Part shown: piece after piece, positions 1 through 9,110 of the stretch | How positions within the stretch are numbered: the first letter of the stretch is position 1 | How the letters are laid out: every line of letters begins with the position of its first letter | NCBI GenBank assembly: GCA_964556785.1 | Contig: CAZKXM010000001.1 | Coordinates: 1-60,762, forward strand | Direction of reading: 5' to 3' | DNA from: an uncultured Bacteroides sp. | Lineage (GTDB): Bacteria > Bacteroidota > Bacteroidia > Bacteroidales > Muribaculaceae | DNA: 60,762 bases | Made by a program: the position numbers and the translations under genes | Notes under the pieces: model-generated | The model's input: only the letters and a program-made list of their open reading frames with translations | What the model was told of the DNA's origin: nothing | Databases searched by the model: none

Positions 1-383
1 CCCCCTTCGGCTCGATGGAGCGCTTCGTGGCCGTGCTTCTTGAGCACACCGCCGGTCGCTTCCCCCTGTGGCTCGCCCCCGATCAGGCCGTGGTGCTTCC
101 CATCAGCGAGAAGTTTAACGATTATGCCTTTGAGGTTGCCAAACAGCTCAATGCAGCCGATGTGCGCACCATTGTCGACGACCGTAACGAAAAAATCGGC
201 AAGAAAATCCGCGACAACGAGCTGCGCCGCATCCCCTATCTGCTCATCGTCGGTGAAAAAGAAAAGGAAAACGGCGAAGTTTCTGTAAGAAAACAGGGCG
301 AAGGTGATAAAGGTTCCGTAAAAATTGCTACCTTTGCCGAAAATTTGGCTCAGGAAGTCAACGAAATGATCAATCAAAACTAA
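1..383 (+). CDS. thrS: threonyl-tRNA synthetase, C-terminal fragment (5' end outside window)
   Basis: The frame is open from the window edge (..[30 protein letters not shown]). This is an anticodon-binding-domain-like sequence, followed by the classical infC-rpmI-rplT neighbours. Confidence 0.9.
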   Translation, partial: PFGSMERFVAVLLEHTAGRFPLWLAPDQAVVLPISEKFNDYAFEVAKQLNAADVRTIVDDRNEKIGKKIRDNELRRIPYLLIVGEKEKENGEVSVRKQGEGDKGSVKIATFAENLAQEVNEMINQN

Positions 384-394
384 CAGTCCACTGA

Positions 395-1003
395 ATGGAG
401 AAAAAGCCCTTTAATCCCGGTTTGCGCCGTCCGAATCCCGCCGGACCCGGTCGCCGCGGCCCGCAACGTGGCGCTCAGGGGCGCAACAACGCCCGTGATC
501 CCTACGCTACAAACGAACACATCCGAGCCCGCGAGGTGCGCCTCGTCGGCGACAATGTGACCCCGGGAATTTACCCCATTCAGGAAGCGCTCAAAATGGC
601 CGAAGAACAGGAGCTCGATCTGATCGAGATCTCTCCCACCGCCGAGCCTCCCGTCTGCAAGATTCTGGACTACAGCAAGTTTCTCTACCAGCAGAAAAAG
701 CGTCAGAAAGAGCAGAAAGCCAAGGCAACAAAGGTTGTGGTGAAAGAAATCAGGTTCGGACCCCAGACCGACGACCATGACTATGCCTTCAAGCTCAAAC
801 ACGCCATCGGCTTCCTGCAGGAAGGAGCCAAGGTGAAGAGCTACGTGTTCTTCAAAGGCCGCTCAATCCTCTTCAAGGAGCAGGGCGAGGTGCTGTTGCT
901 CCGTTTTGCCCAGGACCTCGAGGAGTATGGCAAAGTTGAACAGATGCCCGTGCTCGAAGGCAAGCGCATGACAATCATGATCACGCCTAAAAAGAAAGCC
1001 TGA
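395..1003 (+). CDS. infC: translation initiation factor IF-3
   Basis: 202 aa with [10 protein letters not shown].., [23 protein letters not shown] motifs. It sits between thrS and rpmI. Confidence 0.93.
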   Translation: MEKKPFNPGLRRPNPAGPGRRGPQRGAQGRNNARDPYATNEHIRAREVRLVGDNVTPGIYPIQEALKMAEEQELDLIEISPTAEPPVCKILDYSKFLYQQKKRQKEQKAKATKVVVKEIRFGPQTDDHDYAFKLKHAIGFLQEGAKVKSYVFFKGRSILFKEQGEVLLLRFAQDLEEYGKVEQMPVLEGKRMTIMITPKKKA

Positions 1004-1082
1004 AACGAATCAGAACAAAAATGGCCGCTACCGCGTGACGGCTGCGACCAATCTCGAATTACAATATTATAACATTAACAAA

Positions 1083-1283
1083 ATGCCTAAGATTAAGACT
1101 AATTCCGGTGCCAAAAAGAGGTTCGCCCTTACCGGATCAGGAAAGATCAAGAGAAAACACGCTTACCACAGCCACATTCTCACCAAGAAGACCAAGAAGC
1201 AGAAACGCAATCTTGACCACTTCACCATCGTGGACAAGACCAACGTGTGCGCCGTGAAGGAACTGCTCGGACTCAAGTCGTAA
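1083..1283 (+). CDS. rpmI: 50S ribosomal protein L35
   Basis: Canonical N-terminus [14 protein letters not shown] at ATG 1083. The track ORF starts upstream at 1035, but that extension is not L35-like. Confidence 0.92.
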   Translation: MPKIKTNSGAKKRFALTGSGKIKRKHAYHSHILTKKTKKQKRNLDHFTIVDKTNVCAVKELLGLKS

Positions 1284-1425
1284 ATCTCGCGACCCTCAAG
1301 TCTGACGAATCCACCCACACTTGATTTTCTCAACATTTTAATTCGAAACAACAAATTTCTAACCGGGTGAACAGCCCCAAGAGCACGATCACAGTTGCCG
1401 CTGCCACCCACAACCATCAACTAAA

Positions 1426-1776
1426 ATGCCAAGATCAGTCAACCACGTGGCCTCACGTGCCCGCCGTAAGAAAATCCTGAAGCTCACCCGCGGTTACTTC
1501 GGTTGCCGTCGCAATGTCTGGACCGTAGCCAAGAACACCTGGGAAAAGGGTCTTACCTACGCCTACCGCGACCGCAAGGACAAGAAGCGCAACTTCCGCG
1601 CACTCTGGATTCAGCGCATCAATGCCGCTGCCCGCATGGAGGATCTCTCTTACAGCAAGCTCATGGGCCTCATCCACAAGAGCGGAATCGAGATCAACCG
1701 CAAAGTGCTTGCCGACCTCGCCCTGAACAATCCCGCCGCCTTCAAGGCAATCGTGGACAAGGTGAAGAACGCCTGA
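1426..1776 (+). CDS. rplT: 50S ribosomal protein L20
   Basis: [26 protein letters not shown].. is a typical L20. It is the last gene of the cluster. Confidence 0.95.
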   Translation: MPRSVNHVASRARRKKILKLTRGYFGCRRNVWTVAKNTWEKGLTYAYRDRKDKKRNFRALWIQRINAAARMEDLSYSKLMGLIHKSGIEINRKVLADLALNNPAAFKAIVDKVKNA

Positions 1777-1819
1777 CAATCATAAGCGCCCGCGCGGCGC
1801 CGACACACACACATTAAGC

Positions 1820-1860
1820 AACCCCATGCTCTTTCCTGAGCATGGGGTTCGCTCATTTTT
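1820..1860 (+). terminator. rho-independent terminator after rplT
   Basis: Perfect 12-bp stem aaccccatgctc / gagcatggggtt (1820-1831 / 1838-1849) with a 6-nt loop, followed by cgctcattttt. Confidence 0.8.
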
Positions 1861-1862
1861 AT

Positions 1863-1870
1863 TACCTTTG
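1863..1870 (+). promoter_or_regulatory. Bacteroidota sigma-A -7 box (TAnnTTTG) candidate for the OMP gene
   Basis: TACCTTTG lies about 85 nt upstream of ATG 1957. Confidence 0.35.
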
Positions 1871-1956
1871 TACGTAACGATGTCAACATTTGTTCGCTTC
1901 CCGGTGTCACAAATGCCGAAATTCTGCGTCTTACGTATATATAACCTTTCTTTCAC

Positions 1957-4077
1957 ATGATGCTCCGACCGATCCTTTCAACAGCCGTCGTCCTGACACT
2001 CCTCCCGGTTTTTTCCCAGTCGCGCCCTGACAGCACACCGGAAGTTTCTGACTCCTTAGAATCACGGCTGCTCAATGAAGTTGTGGTTGAGGGGCGCACC
2101 CAGCGGGTGGTGAAGAACGGGGTTGAGTATATCCCGGCAAAGAAAACCAAGCGCATTTCGCTTGATGCCACGAGCCTGCTGCTGAACATGCAGATTCCGC
2201 AACTCAACATAGCTCCCGGCTCAACTGCCGTGAAGACCTTTACCGGCAAGGATGTGGCGCTGTTCATTGATTATGTACCCGCCACCGCGCAGGAGCTGAG
2301 CGGTTTGCGCCCGGAGGATGTGATCCGGATCGAGGTGCTCAACTATCCCGACGATCCGCGCTTCAATAATGCCCAGCATGTTGTCAACTTCATCATGCAG
2401 CACTATGAATGGGGCGGCTACACCAAGCTCGGGCTCAACGGACACACACTCTCAAGCGATCAGATCAGCGGCAATCTGTTTTCACGCTTCGTCTACAAGA
2501 AACTGACCCTTGACGCCTACGCTTCGTCAGGCTGGAGTCGAGCCGACAGGATGCCGACAACGGGCCTAACCACTTTCCGCGATGTCGATTTCCAAGGCGC
2601 TCACTACGATGAAATCACCCGCAGCCAGACAATTGACGATTATCTGTCGCGCGACAATTCGCAATACGCATCGCTCACAGCCAACTATCGCTCTGAGAAG
2701 GTCTTCATTCAGCACCAGCTCGGTTTCGGCCGGACAGCCAGCCCTTTGAAGCGCCAGGCATCGGCGGTGAGCCTGTCGGTGCCCGGATTTGAAGGCTCGA
2801 ATACGGTCGATGTCAGCTCGATGCAAACGCTTTATCCCTCGGCCCGCGGCTACTATTTCCTTGAGCTGCCGCGGGGCAATTCACTGGCGGCATCATGGAA
2901 CTTTACTTACGGCTCCACCACCAACAATTCATTCTATCAGCTCGCCGATCTGTCACCGATCGTCAACAACAACAAAGAGAAGGTGTACTCTCCAGTAGCA
3001 TCGCTGCAATGGTCGAAGAAATTCAGCCACAACAACGCTTTCACGGTCAGCGCCATGACCTACAACACCATCTACGACACCCGGTATTTCGGATCGGCCA
3101 ACACCCGTCAGAAGCTGTTGTCGTCAGAGACCATGCTCTTTCTTGTCTACACTCAGAGCTGGGACAAACTGAGCCTCTATTCGCGCGTGGGTTCATCATA
3201 CGTTGTAGGGCGCGTTAACGGTGTAAACACCCTCGAGGAATGGAATCCGAGGCTCGGGTTTCAGCTCGAATACGGCATCAGCGACAAACATTCGGCCAGC
3301 ATCGAGGGATGGTGGGGCAATTCCCACCCGCAGGCATCGACGGCCAACGATGCCCTCGTGCAGTCAAATGAACTGCTCTGGCTGCAGGGTAACCCCGACC
3401 TGCGAAACACCCTGTTTGCCTCCGCCACAGCGTCTTACACCTATATTCCGGCAAATATCCTTTCGCTCACCACCGCCCTTGAATATGAAGGGAACCCGCA
3501 CAAACAGGCCTACCGGTTCTTCACGCTCGCCGGCTACGACGGACTCGTGCGCCAGTCGGTCAACAGCGGCGACGCACACTCCTATTCAGCATGGGTGTCA
3601 GCCAACCTGAGGCTGCTTGACAACACGCTCAACATCCATGTCAACGGCCAGGCCGGGCGCGTTGTCCTCACCGGGCTCGACGCGCAGTCAATGAACCTGC
3701 TCACAGGTACCATCCAGGCGCAGTATGCCCGAAACAATTGGTCGGCCATGCTCTTTTATCAGGCCCCGCAAAAGCAGCTCGGCGCATGGAGCAACGGCAC
3801 TCAAGTCAGATTCAAGAGCACCTACGGACTGACCGCCAACTATGCCGTCGGCGACTTCAAGGCCAGCCTGCAATTCCGCAACTGGTTTAACCGCAACGGC
3901 TTTGCCGACGTCTGCTTCCATTCGCCGCGGTATGCCGACGTGACCCGTCTTTGGAACGACGCCCTCTCTCGGCAGCTCTCCCTGACCCTCACCTACACCT
4001 TCAACTATGGCAAGAAAGTGTCGCGCCAAAACGAAACCCAGTCCGGCAGCAGCGTAGACTCCGCCATCCTGAAATAA
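1957..4077 (+). CDS. outer-membrane beta-barrel family protein (TonB-dependent-receptor-like, function unknown)
   Basis: 706 aa with a signal peptide ([21 protein letters not shown]). It has an N-terminal VVVEG..plug-like region, a long stretch of alternating beta-strand character, and a C-terminal aromatic-rich ..[10 protein letters not shown]. Confidence 0.65.
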   Translation: MMLRPILSTAVVLTLLPVFSQSRPDSTPEVSDSLESRLLNEVVVEGRTQRVVKNGVEYIPAKKTKRISLDATSLLLNMQIPQLNIAPGSTAVKTFTGKDVALFIDYVPATAQELSGLRPEDVIRIEVLNYPDDPRFNNAQHVVNFIMQHYEWGGYTKLGLNGHTLSSDQISGNLFSRFVYKKLTLDAYASSGWSRADRMPTTGLTTFRDVDFQGAHYDEITRSQTIDDYLSRDNSQYASLTANYRSEKVFIQHQLGFGRTASPLKRQASAVSLSVPGFEGSNTVDVSSMQTLYPSARGYYFLELPRGNSLAASWNFTYGSTTNNSFYQLADLSPIVNNNKEKVYSPVASLQWSKKFSHNNAFTVSAMTYNTIYDTRYFGSANTRQKLLSSETMLFLVYTQSWDKLSLYSRVGSSYVVGRVNGVNTLEEWNPRLGFQLEYGISDKHSASIEGWWGNSHPQASTANDALVQSNELLWLQGNPDLRNTLFASATASYTYIPANILSLTTALEYEGNPHKQAYRFFTLAGYDGLVRQSVNSGDAHSYSAWVSANLRLLDNTLNIHVNGQAGRVVLTGLDAQSMNLLTGTIQAQYARNNWSAMLFYQAPQKQLGAWSNGTQVRFKSTYGLTANYAVGDFKASLQFRNWFNRNGFADVCFHSPRYADVTRLWNDALSRQLSLTLTYTFNYGKKVSRQNETQSGSSVDSAILK

Positions 4078-4118
4078 CCCCCAACCGACATTAAAAAAGA
4101 GAAATCTTTATTAACCAC

Positions 4119-4128
4119 CAGTAGTTTG
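4119..4128. repeat. 10-nt direct repeat CAGTAGTTTG (left copy) at the low-GC segment border
   Basis: The exact 10-mer recurs at 8231-8240. The two copies bracket the low-G+C stretch. Confidence 0.3.
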
Positions 4129-4163
4129 GCTTCGCTAGTAATTGAATTATATGCTTGTGGGGC

Positions 4164-4199
4164 ACAAAAACAGCCATTTAGTTTAACGCTAAATGGCTG
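4164..4199. terminator. hairpin terminator between the convergent OMP gene and adhesin gene
   Basis: 11-bp stem cagccatttag / ctaaatggctg (4171-4181 / 4189-4199). The minus strand continues with TTTTTG, and the plus strand continues T-rich. Confidence 0.7.
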
Positions 4200-4256
4200 A
4201 ATAATTCATTTGATTTTTATGTCCCTCTCAAGTAGATATTACAAAAACATTATATT

Positions 4257-6865
4257 TTATATTTTGATTTTTCTGTAAATATTACCTGTGAGAATGATAT
4301 AAATACCGGGTTGAAGTCGTGAAATATCTTCTTTGCTAGCACCTCGCATTAGCAGAATTCCTTGAATATTGAAGACTTCACTTTTATCTTCAGTAGCCAA
4401 CTCCAATAAACTGTCATTTTTAGAAGATACGAAAACATTGCATTGATTAGACGTATTGGAACCATCGGTCGAAGAAACAGTAATTATGCAGTCACCCTCA
4501 TTATGGGCTGATACAACACCGTTCATATCAACGGACGCGACAGTTTCGTTATTTGATTTCCAAGTCAGTTCTTTCGTTGTTGCATTGTCAGGTTGGATGT
4601 TTGCGACAAGCTGGAATTTATCACCAGGATGAGCTTCCCATAAGTTTGAATTCAGCGTTATATTGTTAACCAAAATAACTTTTGGCATTTCTTCAATAGT
4701 CAAAAGGCCTTCATTCAATATATACTCATAATTATTGTCTTGCCCTCCAGTTAATTTAATTGGGTATATGCCAGCTGGTGAGGCTATATTAGCTTCACAT
4801 GTAATGACTGGTAACTCATCTAGAGCAAAAACATTATCGTTATTCTTAAAGCCATCGAATACCATCTCGAACTTGGGATTTGGTTCGCCCTCATTTCTCT
4901 TGGCATCTAGTACCGTAATATTTAGATTTGATTTTTCAATATTTAATGTTCCTACACCATATTTTAGTATATAATTACTTGAAACTGTACCTCCATTACA
5001 CAGAATTGTATAAGAACCTACATCACTATATTTGTCTGCGGATGTTTGAATATTCGGTGATATCGAAATAATATTTTCATTATCCTCATTCACAAATCCG
5101 TCATATATAATGCGGAAGGTAGGATTATTTGAACCGTATTTGCGAGCACAATCTTGAGGTGTTGCGTTTAAGGATCTTGGAAGAATTGTATGGAGTCCGT
5201 TTGAACATGATATATTATAGTTATCCGCGTCTCCACCTTGCATTATAATAGGGTAGTCACCTACATTATGAAAAGGTGATGCATCACAAAGTAATTTTGG
5301 CAGCGAATTAAGGGACGAAGCGTTATCATTTAATATAAAGCCCTCATACTTCAATTTAAATTCTGGGATGTCATCTCCATAAATAGATGATGAAGGCTCT
5401 ATGGATATAGTGAGCCCCACTTTATCAACATTAAACAACAAATCCCTTTTAATTTTTCTATATTCGCCATAAGCTTCTTGGCGAATAGTTAAGAAAATTT
5501 CTCCTGCTTTATTAAATCTCACACGATTGTTGGCAATTTCAACTTCTTCAGGATTCTTGGGTTCTAATACAATACCCTTATGTATATTTTGAGAACTGAA
5601 CGTTACTAACCCACCATATCTGAAATCACCTTCATATGATATTTTAGGATCTAAACTTAGAAGGGGTAGCCCGTTCTCTTCAGTGGGGATGTACCAAACG
5701 TTTTCAAAATCCCAATCTGGTAAGTTAATTGCATACCAAGACTTAAGACTCAATAAAGTTACATCAACATTACTTATGTCCGACGTTGCATCACTGTTGG
5801 ATGTTGTATAACATTTTGTAACTGAGCCAGTCGATTTAAACATTACGGCATTACTAATAGAAAAACATTGGTCGGCAGTTAAATACCCACTTCCACAGAT
5901 AGAGCCGTATTTCAACGCTCCTAATCCTAAATTTACAAAATTACCATTATAGTATGAACATTTTATTGTAGTAGTATTACTATAACCAATAAACCCTCCT
6001 AACATTGTTTGAGAAGCAATTCCCCAACTAGACCCTCCTTCTGATTGAATAATACCAGAAAAAAGCGTATTTTTCACAACGCAGTTATCAGCATAACCCA
6101 CTATGCCTCCACATTTATTATTACCAGCTTGTGATGAAAAACCAACATTTTGATATGCCCAATCCCAGTATCGACTGGTCTGATTGATAAAGCGCACATT
6201 TAGTTTCCCTGAAACCAAAGAGGATTTAATCTCACAGTCAGTGGCATAACCAACAATACCTCCAATTGAGCTATTATTCGAAAGTAATTCGTAGGTACAA
6301 CTACTATCCAATGTGCTTTTTTCTGAAATTGCGTTCCATGTGATGTTACACACAGTTTTGCAATTAGAAAAGATTGAAGATTTTGCATTCGCACAAATAC
6401 CCCCTATTTCTGCTTCCTTTAAGTATACATACACATCTTGACCAGCTCCAGAATATTGGTTAGTATACCAATATCGATCTTTATATGTACCTGATTTATA
6501 AGTTGCACTGATATTTATTGTCCCTTTCACCGTAAGGTTACTTATTTCTGCTCCAATACACTGTTTAAATAATCCACCTAAAAGATACTAGCCCGCTGAG
6601 GAAAGCGTGGACTGGTAATTAACTGACATACTGTATCCTTGACCATCCAAATGGCCTTTAAAAGTTATCGTAAGTGGAGTGATATCGTAGATATCATTCA
6701 CTAAGACATAGTAAGCTGACGAATTGTCTCGAATTTGCTCAAAATCGCTAGCATAAGCAATTCTATACGGAGATGTTTCAGACCCATTCCCACCACTAAA
6801 AGCATTAGCAGTGTAATTCAATCCACTAATTAGAATTGTAAAAAAATTGTTATCTTTCTTATCAT
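4257..6865 (-). pseudogene. T9SS-sorted surface adhesin-like protein (GLUG beta-helix region, 3 MBG-type repeats, Big_2 Ig-like domain, T9SS C-terminal domain), disrupted by a frameshift and an in-frame TAG
   Basis: The track ORFs 6588..6821 and 4257..6530 are in the same frame, separated only by TAG at 6588-6590. The read-through reads ..SSAG*YLLGGLFKQC...
- GGIVGY/GGLF/GGFIGY GLUG motifs are present.
- There are three YG..P.F...Y.GF.N.D...G.Y.I...GG...NY repeats.
- The Big_2-like segment is ..KELTWKSNNETVASVDMNGVVSAHNEGDCIITV...
- The tail ..VFNIQGILLM....LQPGIYIILTGNIYRKIKI resembles a T9SS CTD.
- ATG 6865 plus a signal peptide is 1 nt out of frame across a T7 tract. Confidence 0.8.
6840..6846 (-). 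repeat. homopolymer tract (A7 on plus strand = T7 in the coding strand) at the frameshift site
   Basis: gtAAAAAAAtt on the plus strand. T8 would fuse MIRKITIFF to TILISGLNYTANAFSGG... Confidence 0.9.
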
Positions 6866-7163
6866 GATATTGACTTTGCCTCAGTCCTCTCCTCGTCGGC
6901 GTTTAAAATAAAACAAAAAAAAGCGTGAGAGTCTGTATCTGCTACTCGTCTCACACATGGAGGCTCTGGAATGCCTTTCGGAATGAAACGAGCAGTTAGA
7001 GCCTCACGCAAGTTATGTGAATATCTAATGATATACACCAACGAAAGGCATCCATCACTGCTACATTTGACTCCGAGTGAAATTTTCCAGATTTCCATGT
7101 GTCAAATGAGCGTCGATAAACGCTTCATACAAATATGTCTGCCAATCGTAAGAATTGACAATG

Positions 7164-7171
7164 CAAATTTA
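7164..7171 (-). promoter_or_regulatory. -7 box candidate (TAAATTTG on minus strand) upstream of the adhesin locus
   Basis: The plus strand caaattta is TAaaTTTG on the minus strand, about 290 nt upstream of ATG 6865. Confidence 0.3.
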
Positions 7172-7462
7172 CGAAATAATCTTCAACCAGACAAGTGTAA
7201 AATATTTAGTTGAATTACTTAGAATTTGGTGTTTTGGCGGGAACCGAAAGCCCACCGGTTAAGACGACGCTAATACGCACGCTCAATTAACAAAATCAGC
7301 CGTTCACTGTCGGTGGCCGTGTCCGTGCAGACTATTCCTAAAATTCCGTGTTGACCAACCGCTCCAAGCCGTTCTGCCTGTCTCGGAATCTGCGATAAAC
7401 ACACATTCACCGGCGCGACGCATCGGTCGCCCGCCATACCGGCCCTGAGCCTTTATCTGCAA

Positions 7463-7517
7463 ATCCCTGAGCCCGGCTGACGAGTGGCACCGCCTTTCGT
7501 CAACCCGGCTCAGGGAT
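7463..7517. repeat. imperfect 21-bp inverted repeat (19/21) with a 13-nt loop, in a G+C-rich non-coding spacer
   Basis: atccctgagcccggctgacga (7463-7483) pairs with tcgtcaacccggctcagggat (7497-7517). The plus strand continues aatttttc. A third CCCTGAGCC copy lies at 7443-7451. Confidence 0.85.
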
Positions 7518-7583
7518 AATTTTTCACAGACCGGCTACTCTTGCCGTGGCCGGTGTGGAAACTGACTCTAATCGTCAGGGATA

Positions 7584-8015
7584 TTATTGTTTATAGAACC
7601 TGAGAACTTCCATGTCATCGTCATCAAAACCATATAATGTCAGTTCATCTCCCTTTTTAGAGAATTCATAGTCAAGCGTATAAGTTTCATAATCATCCTC
7701 ATATTCACCATCATCTTCATAATAGAACTTAAGCACAATTTCCGACCCATAGATTGAATATTTGAACATATCTCTATCTGCGAATGGTTCATCCTCCCAC
7801 CACATATACCCCGTTTTGTCCTTTCTGAAGACTAAATGCATCAACCAAGAATCACCGTATGCATCTCTCGTACTAATCCATTCGCCGACTATCATGTCCT
7901 GAGGTCCTTTCCCCAAGCCGGGTCCATCTTTCTCATTGTCGTCTCCGCAGGCCGAGAGACACACACTCATCGTTGCAATGATCAGCAACGACATGTAACG
8001 CATAAAATGTTTCAT
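7584..8015 (-). CDS. small acidic lipoprotein, possibly lipocalin-like, function unknown
   Basis: MKHFMRYMSLLIIATMSVCLSAC has a lipobox (LSAC). It is followed by ..IVGEW.. and a very Asp/Glu/Tyr-rich C-terminal half. G+C is low, like the adhesin gene. The track ORF starts further upstream (8102), but the signal peptide begins at ATG 8015. Confidence 0.7.
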   Translation of the reverse strand: MKHFMRYMSLLIIATMSVCLSACGDDNEKDGPGLGKGPQDMIVGEWISTRDAYGDSWLMHLVFRKDKTGYMWWEDEPFADRDMFKYSIYGSEIVLKFYYEDDGEYEDDYETYTLDYEFSKKGDELTLYGFDDDDMEVLRFYKQ

Positions 8016-8230
8016 AAAAAATACGGTGTCGCATCCATTCCCGAATTGACGTTTAGCTGTGATACAAAAAAAGCGTGGAATGATGTTCATGTCTATCTTC
8101 AAGGTGGCATCGCCAAACGCCTAACTACTAAATAAACAGTCCACCCCCACGCTTTATCGGATATCGGTATCCCCTTTGACGGGGAGCGGATATGCGACAA
8201 GCATGAGCGTTTTTCTGACTGCTCTCTCCT

Positions 8231-8240
8231 CAGTAGTTTG
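8231..8240. repeat. 10-nt direct repeat CAGTAGTTTG (right copy)
   Basis: Identical to 4119-4128. Confidence 0.3.
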
Positions 8241-8491
8241 AAAATTGGCGATTTCCCTTGAAAGGATAAAGCAAAAAACGCTTCTAAATATGTCGTGCAA
8301 TGCGTTTGCTGGGCTTACTTAAGCGCCCTCGGAGTAAACACCCGGAGCAACTAAGCAACACCACGCGCATTGCAATCACAAAATTAGCATATTTTCTCGG
8401 TCTAACCAACCGCAAGCTTACCCATAGCCTGATTTCACAAAGTTTCAGCAAAAGTTTGGGGAACTTTGAGCGGGTCTATCTGTTTTTTTGC

Positions 8492-8499
8492 TAATTTTG
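8492..8499 (+). promoter_or_regulatory. -7 box TAATTTTG for hpt
   Basis: It matches TAnnTTTG and lies 30 nt upstream of ATG 8529. Confidence 0.5.
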
Positions 8500-8528
8500 T
8501 AGGCGAATTTTCCAATGCAAATACAGGC

Positions 8529-9083
8529 ATGAAACGCATCACATACAACGGACTTAACTTCGTGCCCTACATTGAGCGCGAGCAGATTGCCCGGCGCATC
8601 CGTGAACTGGGGAAAAAGATCACCGACGACTTCCGCGGACGCCGCCCTCTGCTGATCTGCGTGCTCAACGGGGCTTTTCCCTTCGCGGCCGACCTATTCC
8701 GAGAAATCGACACCGATGCCGAGATCACATTCATCAAGCTCAGCAGCTATGAGGGAATGGGGTCGACCGGCGTGGTGAAGGAGATAATGGGCCTCAACAC
8801 CGACATCGAGGGGCGTCCCGTGATTGTGGTTGAAGACATTATCGACACCGGGAACACCATGCACAAGCTCATTGCCGACCTGAACGAGCGCAAGCCAGCC
8901 GATCTGCGGATTGCCACTCTGCTGTTCAAGCCCGAGGCGCTGCAGAAAGATGTGAAGCCCGACTATGTGGGCTTTGAAATCCCCACAAAGTTCATTATCG
9001 GTTTCGGCCTCGATCTTGACGGGATGGCGCGTAATCTCCCCGACATATGGGTGCTCGATTCAGAGAAAACAGATGCTGAATAA
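8529..9083 (+). CDS. hpt: hypoxanthine phosphoribosyltransferase
   Basis: The PRPP-binding motif is VIVVEDIIDTGNT. The protein begins MKRITYNGLNFVPYI.., and the track ORF extension from 8466 (TTG) is not needed. Confidence 0.9.
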   Translation: MKRITYNGLNFVPYIEREQIARRIRELGKKITDDFRGRRPLLICVLNGAFPFAADLFREIDTDAEITFIKLSSYEGMGSTGVVKEIMGLNTDIEGRPVIVVEDIIDTGNTMHKLIADLNERKPADLRIATLLFKPEALQKDVKPDYVGFEIPTKFIIGFGLDLDGMARNLPDIWVLDSEKTDAE

Positions 9084-9110
9084 GTTTCAACCTATAATTT
9101 TGCCACGCTA

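Noticed and set aside
6862-7213. Track ORFs 6862-7098 (minus, 78 aa) and 6971-7213 (plus, 80 aa) between the adhesin and the spacer.
   Set aside because: The two overlap each other on opposite strands in AT-rich DNA. The minus-strand ORF runs through the T8 run and the adhesin start region. Neither has a motif or signal.
7270-7437. A 55-aa ATG ORF (MAGDRCVAPVNVCLSQ...) on the minus strand inside the spacer.
   Set aside because: It has no promoter box or ribosome-binding context and no recognisable motif, and its composition is typical of random G+C-rich DNA. I keep it only as a note under the spacer finding.
7230-7560. I tested the G+C-rich spacer by eye against RNase P RNA (cacagaccggctac resembles the P4 3' strand ACAGAACCCGGCUUA), tmRNA (a tag-like gacgacgctaatacgcacgct), tRNA and SRP RNA.
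   Set aside because: No GGAAAGTCC P4 5' strand appears on either strand. There is no tRNA-like acceptor/T-arm (GGTTCGAnTCC..CCA), no ALAA-type tag reading frame, and no SRP GGAA/AGCAG motif. The resemblances are short and isolated.
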